From the IMG/VR virus record IMGVR_UViG_3300045988_138952, positions 4,722 to 68,721 of that record: a stretch of 64,000 nucleotides of DNA; one strand, given 5' to 3'. Under the pieces are notes generated by a model that saw nothing but the letters and a program-made list of their open reading frames with translations, did no database searches and was not told where the DNA came from. The translations under genes were made by a program, and so were the position numbers. Below, piece after piece: positions 19,043 to 27,500 of the stretch. Within the stretch, counting starts at the first letter, position 1. Each line of letters begins with the position of its first letter. The DNA is from a virus.

Positions 19043-19050
19043 CAAATATA
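19043..19050 (-). promoter_or_regulatory. Bacteroides-type -7 promoter box TATATTTG
   Basis: + strand caaatata. It matches TAnnTTTG on the - strand, about 20 nt before the terminator hairpin. Confidence 0.45.
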
Positions 19051-19130
19051 TGGTGTATTTTCTAAATAATCAAGTAAAAGGTTAGAAAATTGATATAGTT
19101 ATCCGGCTTACATTATATTTGCAATGAATA

Positions 19131-19304
19131 CTACCTTTCGGGTGACACGATTTTCATGTAGGGGTTCTTTACCCGCTTCTCTTTGAGCTTCCTTTCAAGT
19201 TTTTCCATCCTTTCGTACATCAGTTCAATATCTTCGGATAAGTGCAATAATTGAAGTTTGAGGAGCTTGTTCTCTTTCTGCAAGTTATGTATCTTTTCTT
19301 CCAT
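19131..19304 (-). CDS. small coiled-coil protein (57 aa)
   Basis: My translation: MEEKIHNLQKENKLLKLQLLHLSEDIELMYERMEKLERKLKEKRVKNPYMKIVSPER. Confidence 0.4.
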   Translation of the reverse strand: MEEKIHNLQKENKLLKLQLLHLSEDIELMYERMEKLERKLKEKRVKNPYMKIVSPER

Positions 19305-19645
19305 GATGAATATTTGTTTTAGTCGTTATTCCTGCCATCTGCCCGCCAGCCGTATTACTGACGGGGTATCATAACGTGAACGTTGGTCGAACCTCAACGT
19401 GCATCTATGCTAACATGTGGCAATATTTCCTTATTAAGGCTTCTAAGGTCGAAATCTGACTTAGAGGCGCTTGGGTTGTATTTTGATATAGACATAGGGG
19501 CAAGAAGCGCCATTATTTCCAGCTTCTCCTGCTGTATATCGAGTATTACTTCATCCAGTATTTCTTAATTCTTCCATTTTCGTTTTGGATATAGTTGTGG
19601 CTGTCGGGCATTGGAACCGACTGCCGGATGATTAAAATAGCGTGA

Positions 19646-19963
19646 TTAGTATTTTTTCATGCAGCTAACGAATAAGGCTATGATAGATATAAGGACGCCT
19701 ACAATGGCAAGTATTAAATTCCAATTGATAGGATTGTGTAAGTTGGGGTTAACGGCAAGATAGTGCTTGCCCTCTTCGGTGAGTTTGACACTCCATACAT
19801 AACCGCCAACCACATAATTGGCTTTCACCAATCCTTTCCTCTCAATGGAACGGATGGAAGCAGTAAATACATGCTTCGGGTATGTTGCCGGGCATTCTCC
19901 GCCAAACTCTGCAACAATCCGAAATGCTTGTTTCTCTTCCTTTGACAACCTTATCCGTTCCAT
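19646..19963 (-). CDS. small protein with C-terminal TM anchor (105 aa)
   Basis: C-terminus WNLILAIVGVLISIIALFVSCMKKY. The N-terminal part may be winged-helix-like. Confidence 0.6.
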   Translation of the reverse strand: MERIRLSKEEKQAFRIVAEFGGECPATYPKHVFTASIRSIERKGLVKANYVVGGYVWSVKLTEEGKHYLAVNPNLHNPINWNLILAIVGVLISIIALFVSCMKKY

Positions 19964-20023
19964 AACCTACTCGTTTTCTGCAAATTTACTAAATACTACG
20001 CAAATATGTGTTGTTGTGCTATA

Positions 20024-20788
20024 CTATTTTATAGGCGAAATCTTTCTGTCAGAAGGCTTTCCGCCAAATAGATGGTTGATGTAGGCAAGACCTTTTGGTT
20101 TGCAAAACACCTTTTGGCATAATATGTCTGGGTGGTTGTCTCTGCGTATTGGCGGCAACAGCGTCATTTCAAAGTAGCCTGCGTCAATATACTTTTGTTT
20201 CGGTTCGTTCCTGTCTTTAAAGAATATGCCCGCATCCCTTAGCTTCCCGAAAAGGGTGTTCCTCCCAAAACCGAGATTGAGTATCTTTGCGGCTTGACCT
20301 ATGTCTACTTTGCCCTCTGCTTTGAAAGCGGCTTCGGCAAAATCGGCTTTAGGCTGGAGTTTGGTAATCTTTGCATCTTTCTGCTCGATTTGCTTTTGTT
20401 GCTGCTCTGTTTCAATACGGAGTTGTTCCTTTTCCTTTTCAGAAGCTACTAACGCTTCCAATGCCTCAAGATAAGTTTGTGGAGTCTTGATAACTTTTTT
20501 CTCATTTTCGAGGTATTCTAAACGGTTGATTATTCTTTCGCGCAGAACCGCATCATAACCTGATGCAAGAATAAGACAACCTTTAGGGGTGAGATTAAAA
20601 CAAGGGCTTTGCCTATTAGATTTGTCAGTGTAAGAGGTCTCCACAAAATTGTGGGCAGCTACTCCTTGTTTGAGTAAGTTCCTGATGTCTCGTAAGATAG
20701 CATCATGCCTTTTACCCGTGACCTCTGCTATTTGAAGAGAGGTCATACCTTTCTGATTTGGAATTAACTCATTCGTTGTGTCAAGCAT
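20024..20788 (-). CDS. Rha-family regulatory protein fused to KilAC domain (antirepressor-like)
   Basis: MTSLQIAEVTGKRHDAILRDIRNLL.. is Rha-like. The C-terminus AAKILNLGFGRNTLFGKLRDAGIFF..KQKYIDAGYFE is KilAC-like. I chose the start at Met51 of the tracked ORF. Confidence 0.7.
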   Translation of the reverse strand: MLDTTNELIPNQKGMTSLQIAEVTGKRHDAILRDIRNLLKQGVAAHNFVETSYTDKSNRQSPCFNLTPKGCLILASGYDAVLRERIINRLEYLENEKKVIKTPQTYLEALEALVASEKEKEQLRIETEQQQKQIEQKDAKITKLQPKADFAEAAFKAEGKVDIGQAAKILNLGFGRNTLFGKLRDAGIFFKDRNEPKQKYIDAGYFEMTLLPPIRRDNHPDILCQKVFCKPKGLAYINHLFGGKPSDRKISPIK

Positions 20789-20964
20789 ATTATAACGAAT
20801 TATGATAAAAAGAAACCCTCCGTAGGTGTGCTTGACACAACATACGCAGGGCATAGAAGTCGCAGATTGTTTCCTTTCTGCCACCTTAGAGGGTTTCCCA
20901 ATATCTTGTACAAAATTTGTTCGCTTTATTTTGCCCAAGAGTTATTATGTTGTATCAAGCACCG

Positions 20965-20972
20965 CAAAGATA
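20965..20972 (-). promoter_or_regulatory. -7 box TATCTTTG (minus strand)
   Basis: + strand caaagata, in the divergent intergenic region. Confidence 0.4.
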
Positions 20973-20977
20973 GCCCT

Positions 20978-20985
20978 TATCTTTG
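20978..20985 (+). promoter_or_regulatory. -7 box TATCTTTG (plus strand)
   Basis: tatctttg lies upstream of the + strand genes 21190.. and 21703... Confidence 0.4.
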
Positions 20986-21189
20986 AAATAGCAAACTTCT
21001 TATAAGAAAATTAATTAATTTCGTTTGTTTTCTAAGTTGTTATGCAAATATATAGAAAATTGACCGATTTGTCTAATTTAGTACATTATAAAAACAATAA
21101 ACATGTTATATAACATGCTATATATAACGACAATGGATGTTAATAAAGAAGTATCTTTGCTACATGTTTTAATAAATAATAAAAGTAGT

Positions 21190-21672
21190 ATGGAAGATTT
21201 TATAATGGGACTTATTTACATCTTCTCATTTATATGGGGGATTCTTAGTATTATACTTTTCTTTAAAGTATGGGGAATGACAAATAGGGTAATTGACATT
21301 CAAAATCTATTTGAAAAGCATTCTAAGAACGTTGATGATAAATTAGGGGTTTTGATTTCAACATTAGAAAAGATGAAAGAAATGCCAAAAATAGAATTAA
21401 ATCCTAATAAAGTGGAAATAAAACAGCCGGAAGATTGTGAGGCAGATGTGGTTAAAAACACTAATATGAGTGTAAGAAAAAGAAGAGAAGCTAAAGTGTT
21501 GTCGCAAAAAATAGAAAAGGAAATTGATAAATCTTCTAATGAGTTTAAGCAAAAATTACATAAGTGGCAGGTTTTAAAAGAAAAAGGTTTTATAGAACAA
21601 GCTATTGAAGAATACCAAGAATATACAGGTCTTGATTATGATGAAGCTGTTGAATTTATTAAAGATTTGTAA
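21190..21672 (+). CDS. membrane-anchored protein with L7/L12-CTD-like tail
   Basis: TM segment GLIYIFSFIWGILSIILFF. The C-terminus GFIEQAIEEYQEYTGLDYDEAVEFIKDL resembles the L7/L12 C-terminal motif. The start is uncertain (21103 or 21190). Confidence 0.55.
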   Translation: MEDFIMGLIYIFSFIWGILSIILFFKVWGMTNRVIDIQNLFEKHSKNVDDKLGVLISTLEKMKEMPKIELNPNKVEIKQPEDCEADVVKNTNMSVRKRREAKVLSQKIEKEIDKSSNEFKQKLHKWQVLKEKGFIEQAIEEYQEYTGLDYDEAVEFIKDL

Positions 21673-21702
21673 TTAGTATTTATGTTTTAATTTTAGATTA
21701 AT

Positions 21703-22725
21703 ATGAGCCAAGAACAACAGAATAATGGTATGTCAGAAATTGGGGGTATAATATTAGGGGCAGGTATATTGATGGCAGCTATTGCAATATTTTCAGGTCA
21801 TTATATTTTAGGAGGGGCTTTAGGAGGGGTTGCTATTGCCATATCTAAGGCTGTGAGTAAATCAGATAATGAAAAAGAAAGAGAAGAAAGGCAACAAGAA
21901 TTGCGAAGAAAAAAAGAATTGGAAGATGAAAAAAGAAAGGAAAAGGAAGAAGCAGAAAAAGAAGAAAGAATAAAAAAATATGGTGAAATATCTTATGAAT
22001 ATCAGTCCAAATGTCCGTATTCCAAAATAGAGGTGTATGAAGCAACCAAAGTTGTATATCTTAAATATGGAGAAGAAACATGGATGTTTAATTTCTCTGA
22101 TGTCATAAAAGTAGATATATATGAGGACGGACGAATTAGTTCGTCTACTACTTCTGCAAGCGGGACTTCAAAAGCTAAAACCTCAAGCATGCTGGGTAGG
22201 GCGGCCGTAGGAGGTGTACTTTTAGGCGGCACAGGAGCGGTAATCGGAGGGGCTACAGGTAAAAGAGGGATTGAAGGAACTTCTACTACAAAAACGCAAG
22301 AAGTGGTTATTTACTCAATGGTTATAACGATTAACAACCTATCAATGCCAACCATTCAAATAAAAGCGAAGTATGAAGAAGCCAAAGAGTTTATAAAGAG
22401 AGTAAGTTCCATATTGTCTATCATAATAGAAAGGCAAGATAAAGATGCTGACGACGATGCTAAAATACAGATATTACATGAGGGGAATGAATATTCAGAA
22501 GTGAATATTGATATATTAAAATTATTATCTGATACTTATGGGGAAGGTAGAATAAAAGGCCTACCGAAAGCTCTTGAATTGTACAAAGAAAAAGTAAACA
22601 AAGATGGTTCTAATTTTACTGAATATTTGGAAGAAATAGTGACATTAGATGATGAGATATTGTCGAATAACGAAAAGAATGTTTTATTGTCTGATATATC
22701 ATTTATAAAACGCATGAATAAATAA
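21703..22725 (+). CDS. membrane protein with glycine-zipper segments and K/E-rich linker (340 aa)
   Basis: GGIILGAGILMAAIAIFSG..GGALGGVAIAI and GRAAVGGVLLGGTGAVIGGATG. Confidence 0.7.
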   Translation: MSQEQQNNGMSEIGGIILGAGILMAAIAIFSGHYILGGALGGVAIAISKAVSKSDNEKEREERQQELRRKKELEDEKRKEKEEAEKEERIKKYGEISYEYQSKCPYSKIEVYEATKVVYLKYGEETWMFNFSDVIKVDIYEDGRISSSTTSASGTSKAKTSSMLGRAAVGGVLLGGTGAVIGGATGKRGIEGTSTTKTQEVVIYSMVITINNLSMPTIQIKAKYEEAKEFIKRVSSILSIIIERQDKDADDDAKIQILHEGNEYSEVNIDILKLLSDTYGEGRIKGLPKALELYKEKVNKDGSNFTEYLEEIVTLDDEILSNNEKNVLLSDISFIKRMNK

Positions 22726-22877
22726 ATGTTTTGTATTTAATATCACATCAAGTCAAGCGGAGTTTCTCCGCTTTTCTTGTTTTGTGGCATATCGCTTGTT
22801 CTACCGATTATGGTAATAATTGCCACAATATTATAAATATGAGAAAGCATGGGAAAAAGTCAAAAGACATCCAAGCA

Positions 22878-23270
22878 CTACGCAGACCGAACATCGTCAG
22901 AGAAAGAAATAGGCAGCATCGCTAAAATCTTTTTCGTAAGAAACTCAATTAAGTAGGAATAAGCTTCGTCACTATCACTGGTTAAGTTTATTCCTGCTTT
23001 TTCCAATGTAAAGTTGGCGATGTGAAATATCTCGTGCGCTAATATTGACAATCCTTTTATGTCTTTCGGCAAATTTGGCATATACAAAATCATTTGTCCG
23101 CCAGGCAATAAAAAACTTTTTCCCTTTTCTTCTCCACTAATCATAGAAACGATTTCAGAAGACTTCTCGCACCCGAATATCTTTGATAGTCTTGCCTTCA
23201 AATGCTTTTTTTCTCCAAAATGAACCATTACATCCCGGTCATAAATGTCTATGCTTATTATCTTATTCAT
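22878..23270 (-). CDS. small putative Zn-metallopeptidase (HExxH)
   Basis: Motif SILAHEIFHIANF followed by ..SDSDEAYSY. Same layout as 2006..2428. Confidence 0.5.
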   Translation of the reverse strand: MNKIISIDIYDRDVMVHFGEKKHLKARLSKIFGCEKSSEIVSMISGEEKGKSFLLPGGQMILYMPNLPKDIKGLSILAHEIFHIANFTLEKAGINLTSDSDEAYSYLIEFLTKKILAMLPISFSDDVRSA

Positions 23271-23306
23271 AACGAATATGATGTTTGTGCTTTATATATA
23301 ATAATG

Positions 23307-23314
23307 CAAATATA
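23307..23314 (-). promoter_or_regulatory. -7 box TATATTTG (minus strand)
   Basis: + strand caaatata, 37 nt upstream of the ATG at 23270. Confidence 0.45.
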
Positions 23315-23433
23315 ACTAAAAATAATCAAGATGCTGTTCTTCGGCATATGAATTATAATTAATCGGATTTGTTAAAAAGCTGATTTATCGGATATTTATT
23401 TGTTTATTTGTTTGTTCTTTCGTTCGTTCTTTC

Positions 23434-23441
23434 TATATTTG
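23434..23441 (+). promoter_or_regulatory. -7 box TATATTTG (plus strand)
   Basis: 19 nt upstream of the ATG at 23460. Confidence 0.45.
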
Positions 23442-23459
23442 TGCATTAATATAATACAA

Positions 23460-23702
23460 ATGGGTAATTGGAGTGAAAGGCAAGAAGTAAAGAAAGAGGG
23501 CAAGGAAAAGGATAAGGTAAGACGTGAAAAACTTGCAGGATATTTCTTTGATTTATCTAAACTAATATTTGCGGCACTTGTTTTAGGAGGTATAACTCCT
23601 TTGTTTACCAATGTGACAAACGGAATAAACTGGAGTACTATTACATTAGGAACTATATCTACATATATGTTTGCTAACTTTGCTAATAGGATTTTAAAAT
23701 GA
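23460..23702 (+). CDS. small membrane protein (80 aa)
   Basis: MGNWSERQEVKKEGKEKDK.. followed by two hydrophobic segments. I chose the internal Met of the tracked ORF 23400..23702. Confidence 0.5.
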   Translation: MGNWSERQEVKKEGKEKDKVRREKLAGYFFDLSKLIFAALVLGGITPLFTNVTNGINWSTITLGTISTYMFANFANRILK

Positions 23703-23709
23703 ATATAAT

Positions 23710-23814
23710 ATGGATACGCTAACGGCAATATTTTTAATAACGGCTATTGTGAGTGTTACATTAGTTGTTTGGTCTCACACCAAATCGGGCAAGAAGTGGC
23801 TTGCAAGCTTGTAA
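23710..23814 (+). CDS. candidate 34-aa single-TM peptide
   Basis: My translation: MDTLTAIFLITAIVSVTLVVWSHTKSGKKWLASL. Confidence 0.25.
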   Translation: MDTLTAIFLITAIVSVTLVVWSHTKSGKKWLASL

Positions 23815-24061
23815 GCAGAAGGATAAAAAAGGGAACAGATAAATTCAATATCAAAACAATATGGAGAGTGTAATGGAAAGCAAGAAAGCAAAGTGTTCTT
23901 CAAAGCATCCACACCGTATAAAGTCTAAAGGCGATAGACTGGGATGGACGTTGAGAAGCGAAGTCAAGCACTCTTCCTTGCGTGAAATTATCGGAGAGGG
24001 AAGAATCGTTAGTAACTCTTGCTGTTTCATTTCAGCCAATACAAAAAGAATTATGCAATAA

Positions 24062-24082
24062 AGCCAGACATTAAGCCTGGCT
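24062..24082. terminator. bidirectional hairpin terminator
   Basis: AGCCAG pairs with CTGGCT, followed by TTTTTCTTT on the + strand. It overlaps the stop of 24071..24577. Confidence 0.5.
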
Positions 24083-24577
24083 TTTTCTTTGCATGACATC
24101 CCCAGCGGTTTCCACAATACAATCTTCTCCATGAATGTAAACATATACCGATGCTATATCCTTTTGGATAACATTTACTTTTGCCCGGTCGTACACGTTA
24201 ATGAATACCTTGCAATACTGTGAACAGTCAATGGTTACTTCGCTGTCATGGCGCACGTAAATATCACATACGGAAAAGCCATCAAATAGGAGAGTACCTT
24301 TACAATTTCCGTTCAAAACAGAAATTTGTGACATGTTGCGTTTCTGCACATCTTCATCCACAAAAATATTATTCTTGTGGAGAAGGTCTTTGTCGAAGTG
24401 TTCTTTTATGAAAGTGTTGGTAGGGTAATTGTGCTTAATGGCAAAATCAATCCCATGCAGATACTTGTCAATTAATCCTTGTTGGGTAGGATTCCCCCAT
24501 GCGTGTTGCCACGGTTGGCATAAACCAAACGTAATAGCTTGGTTCAGTAATGTTTTGCTTAAATCCTTTTCGTTCAT
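24071..24577 (-). CDS. hypothetical protein (168 aa) directly after tape measure
   Basis: ORF 7 nt downstream of the tape-measure stop. No motif recognised. Confidence 0.7.
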   Translation of the reverse strand: MNEKDLSKTLLNQAITFGLCQPWQHAWGNPTQQGLIDKYLHGIDFAIKHNYPTNTFIKEHFDKDLLHKNNIFVDEDVQKRNMSQISVLNGNCKGTLLFDGFSVCDIYVRHDSEVTIDCSQYCKVFINVYDRAKVNVIQKDIASVYVYIHGEDCIVETAGDVMQRKSQA

Positions 24578-24583
24578 AACATA

Positions 24584-27500
24584 TTATATTTTGATTTTTC
24601 TACCACTTCTGTCTATTACTATACTTAGCATATCTCTAACTTCTTGTACTAAAGCAACGTTTGCTTCGGTATTTTGGGCACTTCTTAACGTATTATTGGC
24701 TATCGCCCTCAATTGAGTAAGTTGTTGTTCGGCTATAACATTATATTTCGGAAGAATCTCGTTTCCCCACTTTTCAAGCAAAGCGCGTTTTACACTTACA
24801 TCTGCACGAATACCGTTTATGTAAGAAGCTAAAATATTGGCGGTTTCTTCTGTAATGTTTTCTTGTATCCCTTTGGAAAGAGTGTTTGAAGCGCTTGTCT
24901 CTTCAAGGCTTATTCCCATTTTTTTTGCAGCAGCATTTAGATAATCCCATATTTTCTTTGAGTCTGATATTGTCCCTCGAAGGCTTCCAAGTTGCTGCAT
25001 TAGTCCGGTAGCCTCTTGTTCCGTCAGATTTGTACCCCCAGCGGAACTGTCTGTAAATATACCTTTATCTCCAAACAGATAATCTCTTAGCTTATTCATG
25101 GCAGGTTTTATGACATTCAGAGAAATCATCTCCTTTATGACATTGCGCATTATATCAGCCACCGTATCATCAAAAGCCTTTGCTGCATCTTCTCCGTTGG
25201 CGAACGCATTGACTAACGCTTCTGATATTTGGTCTGACCATCCCTTTAAGTCTATACCGAATTGTTCGCTTGCCAAATCTTCATAGAAATACTTGATTTG
25301 CTCGCCTAACTCGATATACTGCTGCTTGTAGTCCTCTATTTTAGAAGCATCCGAATCTTTCTTGTCTTGTTCCGCCTTCATTTGCTTTTGCACCTCTTCT
25401 TGTTGCTTTTGAAGATTTGCAATCATCTCTTTGGATTGACTTTGGGTAACAGCACCCAATTGCCGTTCTATGACAGATTGAAGGTTCTTATAGTCGTTGG
25501 AAAGCTTTTTCACTTCCAGTTGCGAACGTTGGATTGCTTTATCCAGCTTCTTGTCATGGGCTTTGGCTATGCTTCCTATTATTCCGGTAATACCGCTGAC
25601 TACACCTGTAGCCCCTTGCATGATAGCCATCGGATTGCCGGAAGATATACCAGCGAAAAGGGTAGCTCCGCTTTGAGCTGTATTCAATAATCCACCCGCA
25701 ACTTCTTGTACAGCGCTTAGAGTGTCTCCCATACTATCATTCCCTAAGGCATCAAATGCTGACCCTAAATCTCCCAAAGTGCCGATAAGAAGATTAGCCA
25801 TGTCGACAATATCTCCAAAGCCTACTTGAACTTTATCGGAAGCCTCATTTTGTTCATCCTGCGCATCTGTTACTTCTTTTTCCGCATCTGCCAACGTTTT
25901 TAATTTTGGAGTTAATTTATCGACGACTTTAGCCTGATAAGATAAGCCGCCATCCGTTTTCTTGGTTTCCGTATGGCTCGTTTCAGAAACACCAGTAGTA
26001 ACTTCACCGCCATCCTGGATAAACCCAAGTTCTTTTTGAGCCTTTTTCAGTTTTTCAGTGGCTTCCGCATACTCTTTTATTCCGTCTGATAATGTCTTGA
26101 AAGGGTTTCTGCTTTCACTTTCGTCACGTAGCTTTTTTAATACATTGACAAGCTCTTTAAACTCGTTGACTTTTAGACTTTGCCCGGTCGTATTTTTAAA
26201 CTCTTCCAGGTTCTTGATTAGCCTGCTAAGAGTTGCAGAAGAAAGTCTGTCAAGGTCGTCAAAGGTCTTAGCCCAGTCTTCCGAACTCTTGAATTGTTCA
26301 AATTTGGTAGATGCAGCATCTTCGCTCGCTTTCTTTTTCCTTTGTGCTATAAGTCTGTCGGTCGCTTCTTCGCCTAATTGACCTCTTTGGCTTTCAATAT
26401 CTGCCAAGTCTTTTTGAAGATTACGTTCAATATCCTTTATCCTTTGGGCATAATCTTTATAATCCTCAATCATGCCTAAAAGGTTTTCAAGGCTTTCTGA
26501 ACGCATTTTCTTACTTTCCTCGTTGATTGATTGGTATAGTTTCAGAATTACTCCTTCTCCAAACTGCTTCTTTACATCATCCTCTTTCATGGCAAGGACA
26601 TCTGTAACGGAGAATTTACTTCCTGTATTTTCAAGCGCTTTGGAAAGTTGGTTGCGCAAATCATCTACTACACTTTTGAATGAGACCTCTCCGCCGAAAG
26701 CGATGTTCATGGAAAGAGATTTGTTGCCGGAAGCATTGAATAGCTTCTTATATAAATCCCACTTTTCTCCGGTTTGGGAAACGTACTTCTCTATCTCCTT
26801 TAAGGCATTATCTACTTCTTTCTTCGCACTGTCAATTCCCGCCTTGTCAATCTTGACACCAAGAGAAATGTATAAATCTTCCTGCTTCTCTTTGCTTCGG
26901 TCTAACTGCCCTTGAATGTATTTGTAAGCCTTGCTTGGGTCTTTTAAGTCCAAATTGACCCCGTTCTTATCAAAGATAGGGGCAAATTCAGAAATGCCCT
27001 TCACCCTTTGGGATGCGACTTCTTCTCCTTCTATCTTTCTCCATTTCTCATAGCTGGAAACGGCTTTATCTATGAGGTCGGTACGGGCTTCCCATTGTTC
27101 GGCAATAGGGTCTTTCGTGTTTTGGGTCTCTTTGGTTACACGCCCGAATGTTTTTAGTATTTCATCTGTAGCATTCTTTAACAGCTTGGCTTTATCTATA
27201 CTTTTACGAGTTTCTTCATTCCATTCGCCCTCTTTTTTAGTCCATTCGCTAAGAGTAGAGGACGCATCCTCATTAGCACCGATTATATTTTCTATGTATT
27301 TTTGCAGACCACCTTCTGCATCAGGCTTTAGCCTTTCTATACCGAATTTTTCATACAATTCGGTCGCTTTCTTGAACCAGGCAGAATTCTTGTCATCTTT
27401 CTTTATCTTGTAAGTTGAATAATTTTCTAATGCGTCATTCAGTGTTTTTTGAGCTTGCGATAAAACCTCTTCTTGTTTTTTTATATCTTCATCTAAGGAC

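Noticed and set aside
19305-19645. Possible small genes in the 340-bp gap.
   Set aside because: The only ATG-initiated ORFs on the - strand are 40 codons or shorter, without context. I left the gap unannotated.
20789-20938. 50-codon N-terminal extension of the Rha-KilAC gene (tracked start at 20938).
   Set aside because: The extension (..CVCCVKHTYGGFLFIIIRYN) is not protein-like, and Rha homologues start at the MLDTTNEL..SLQIAE position. It remains possible.
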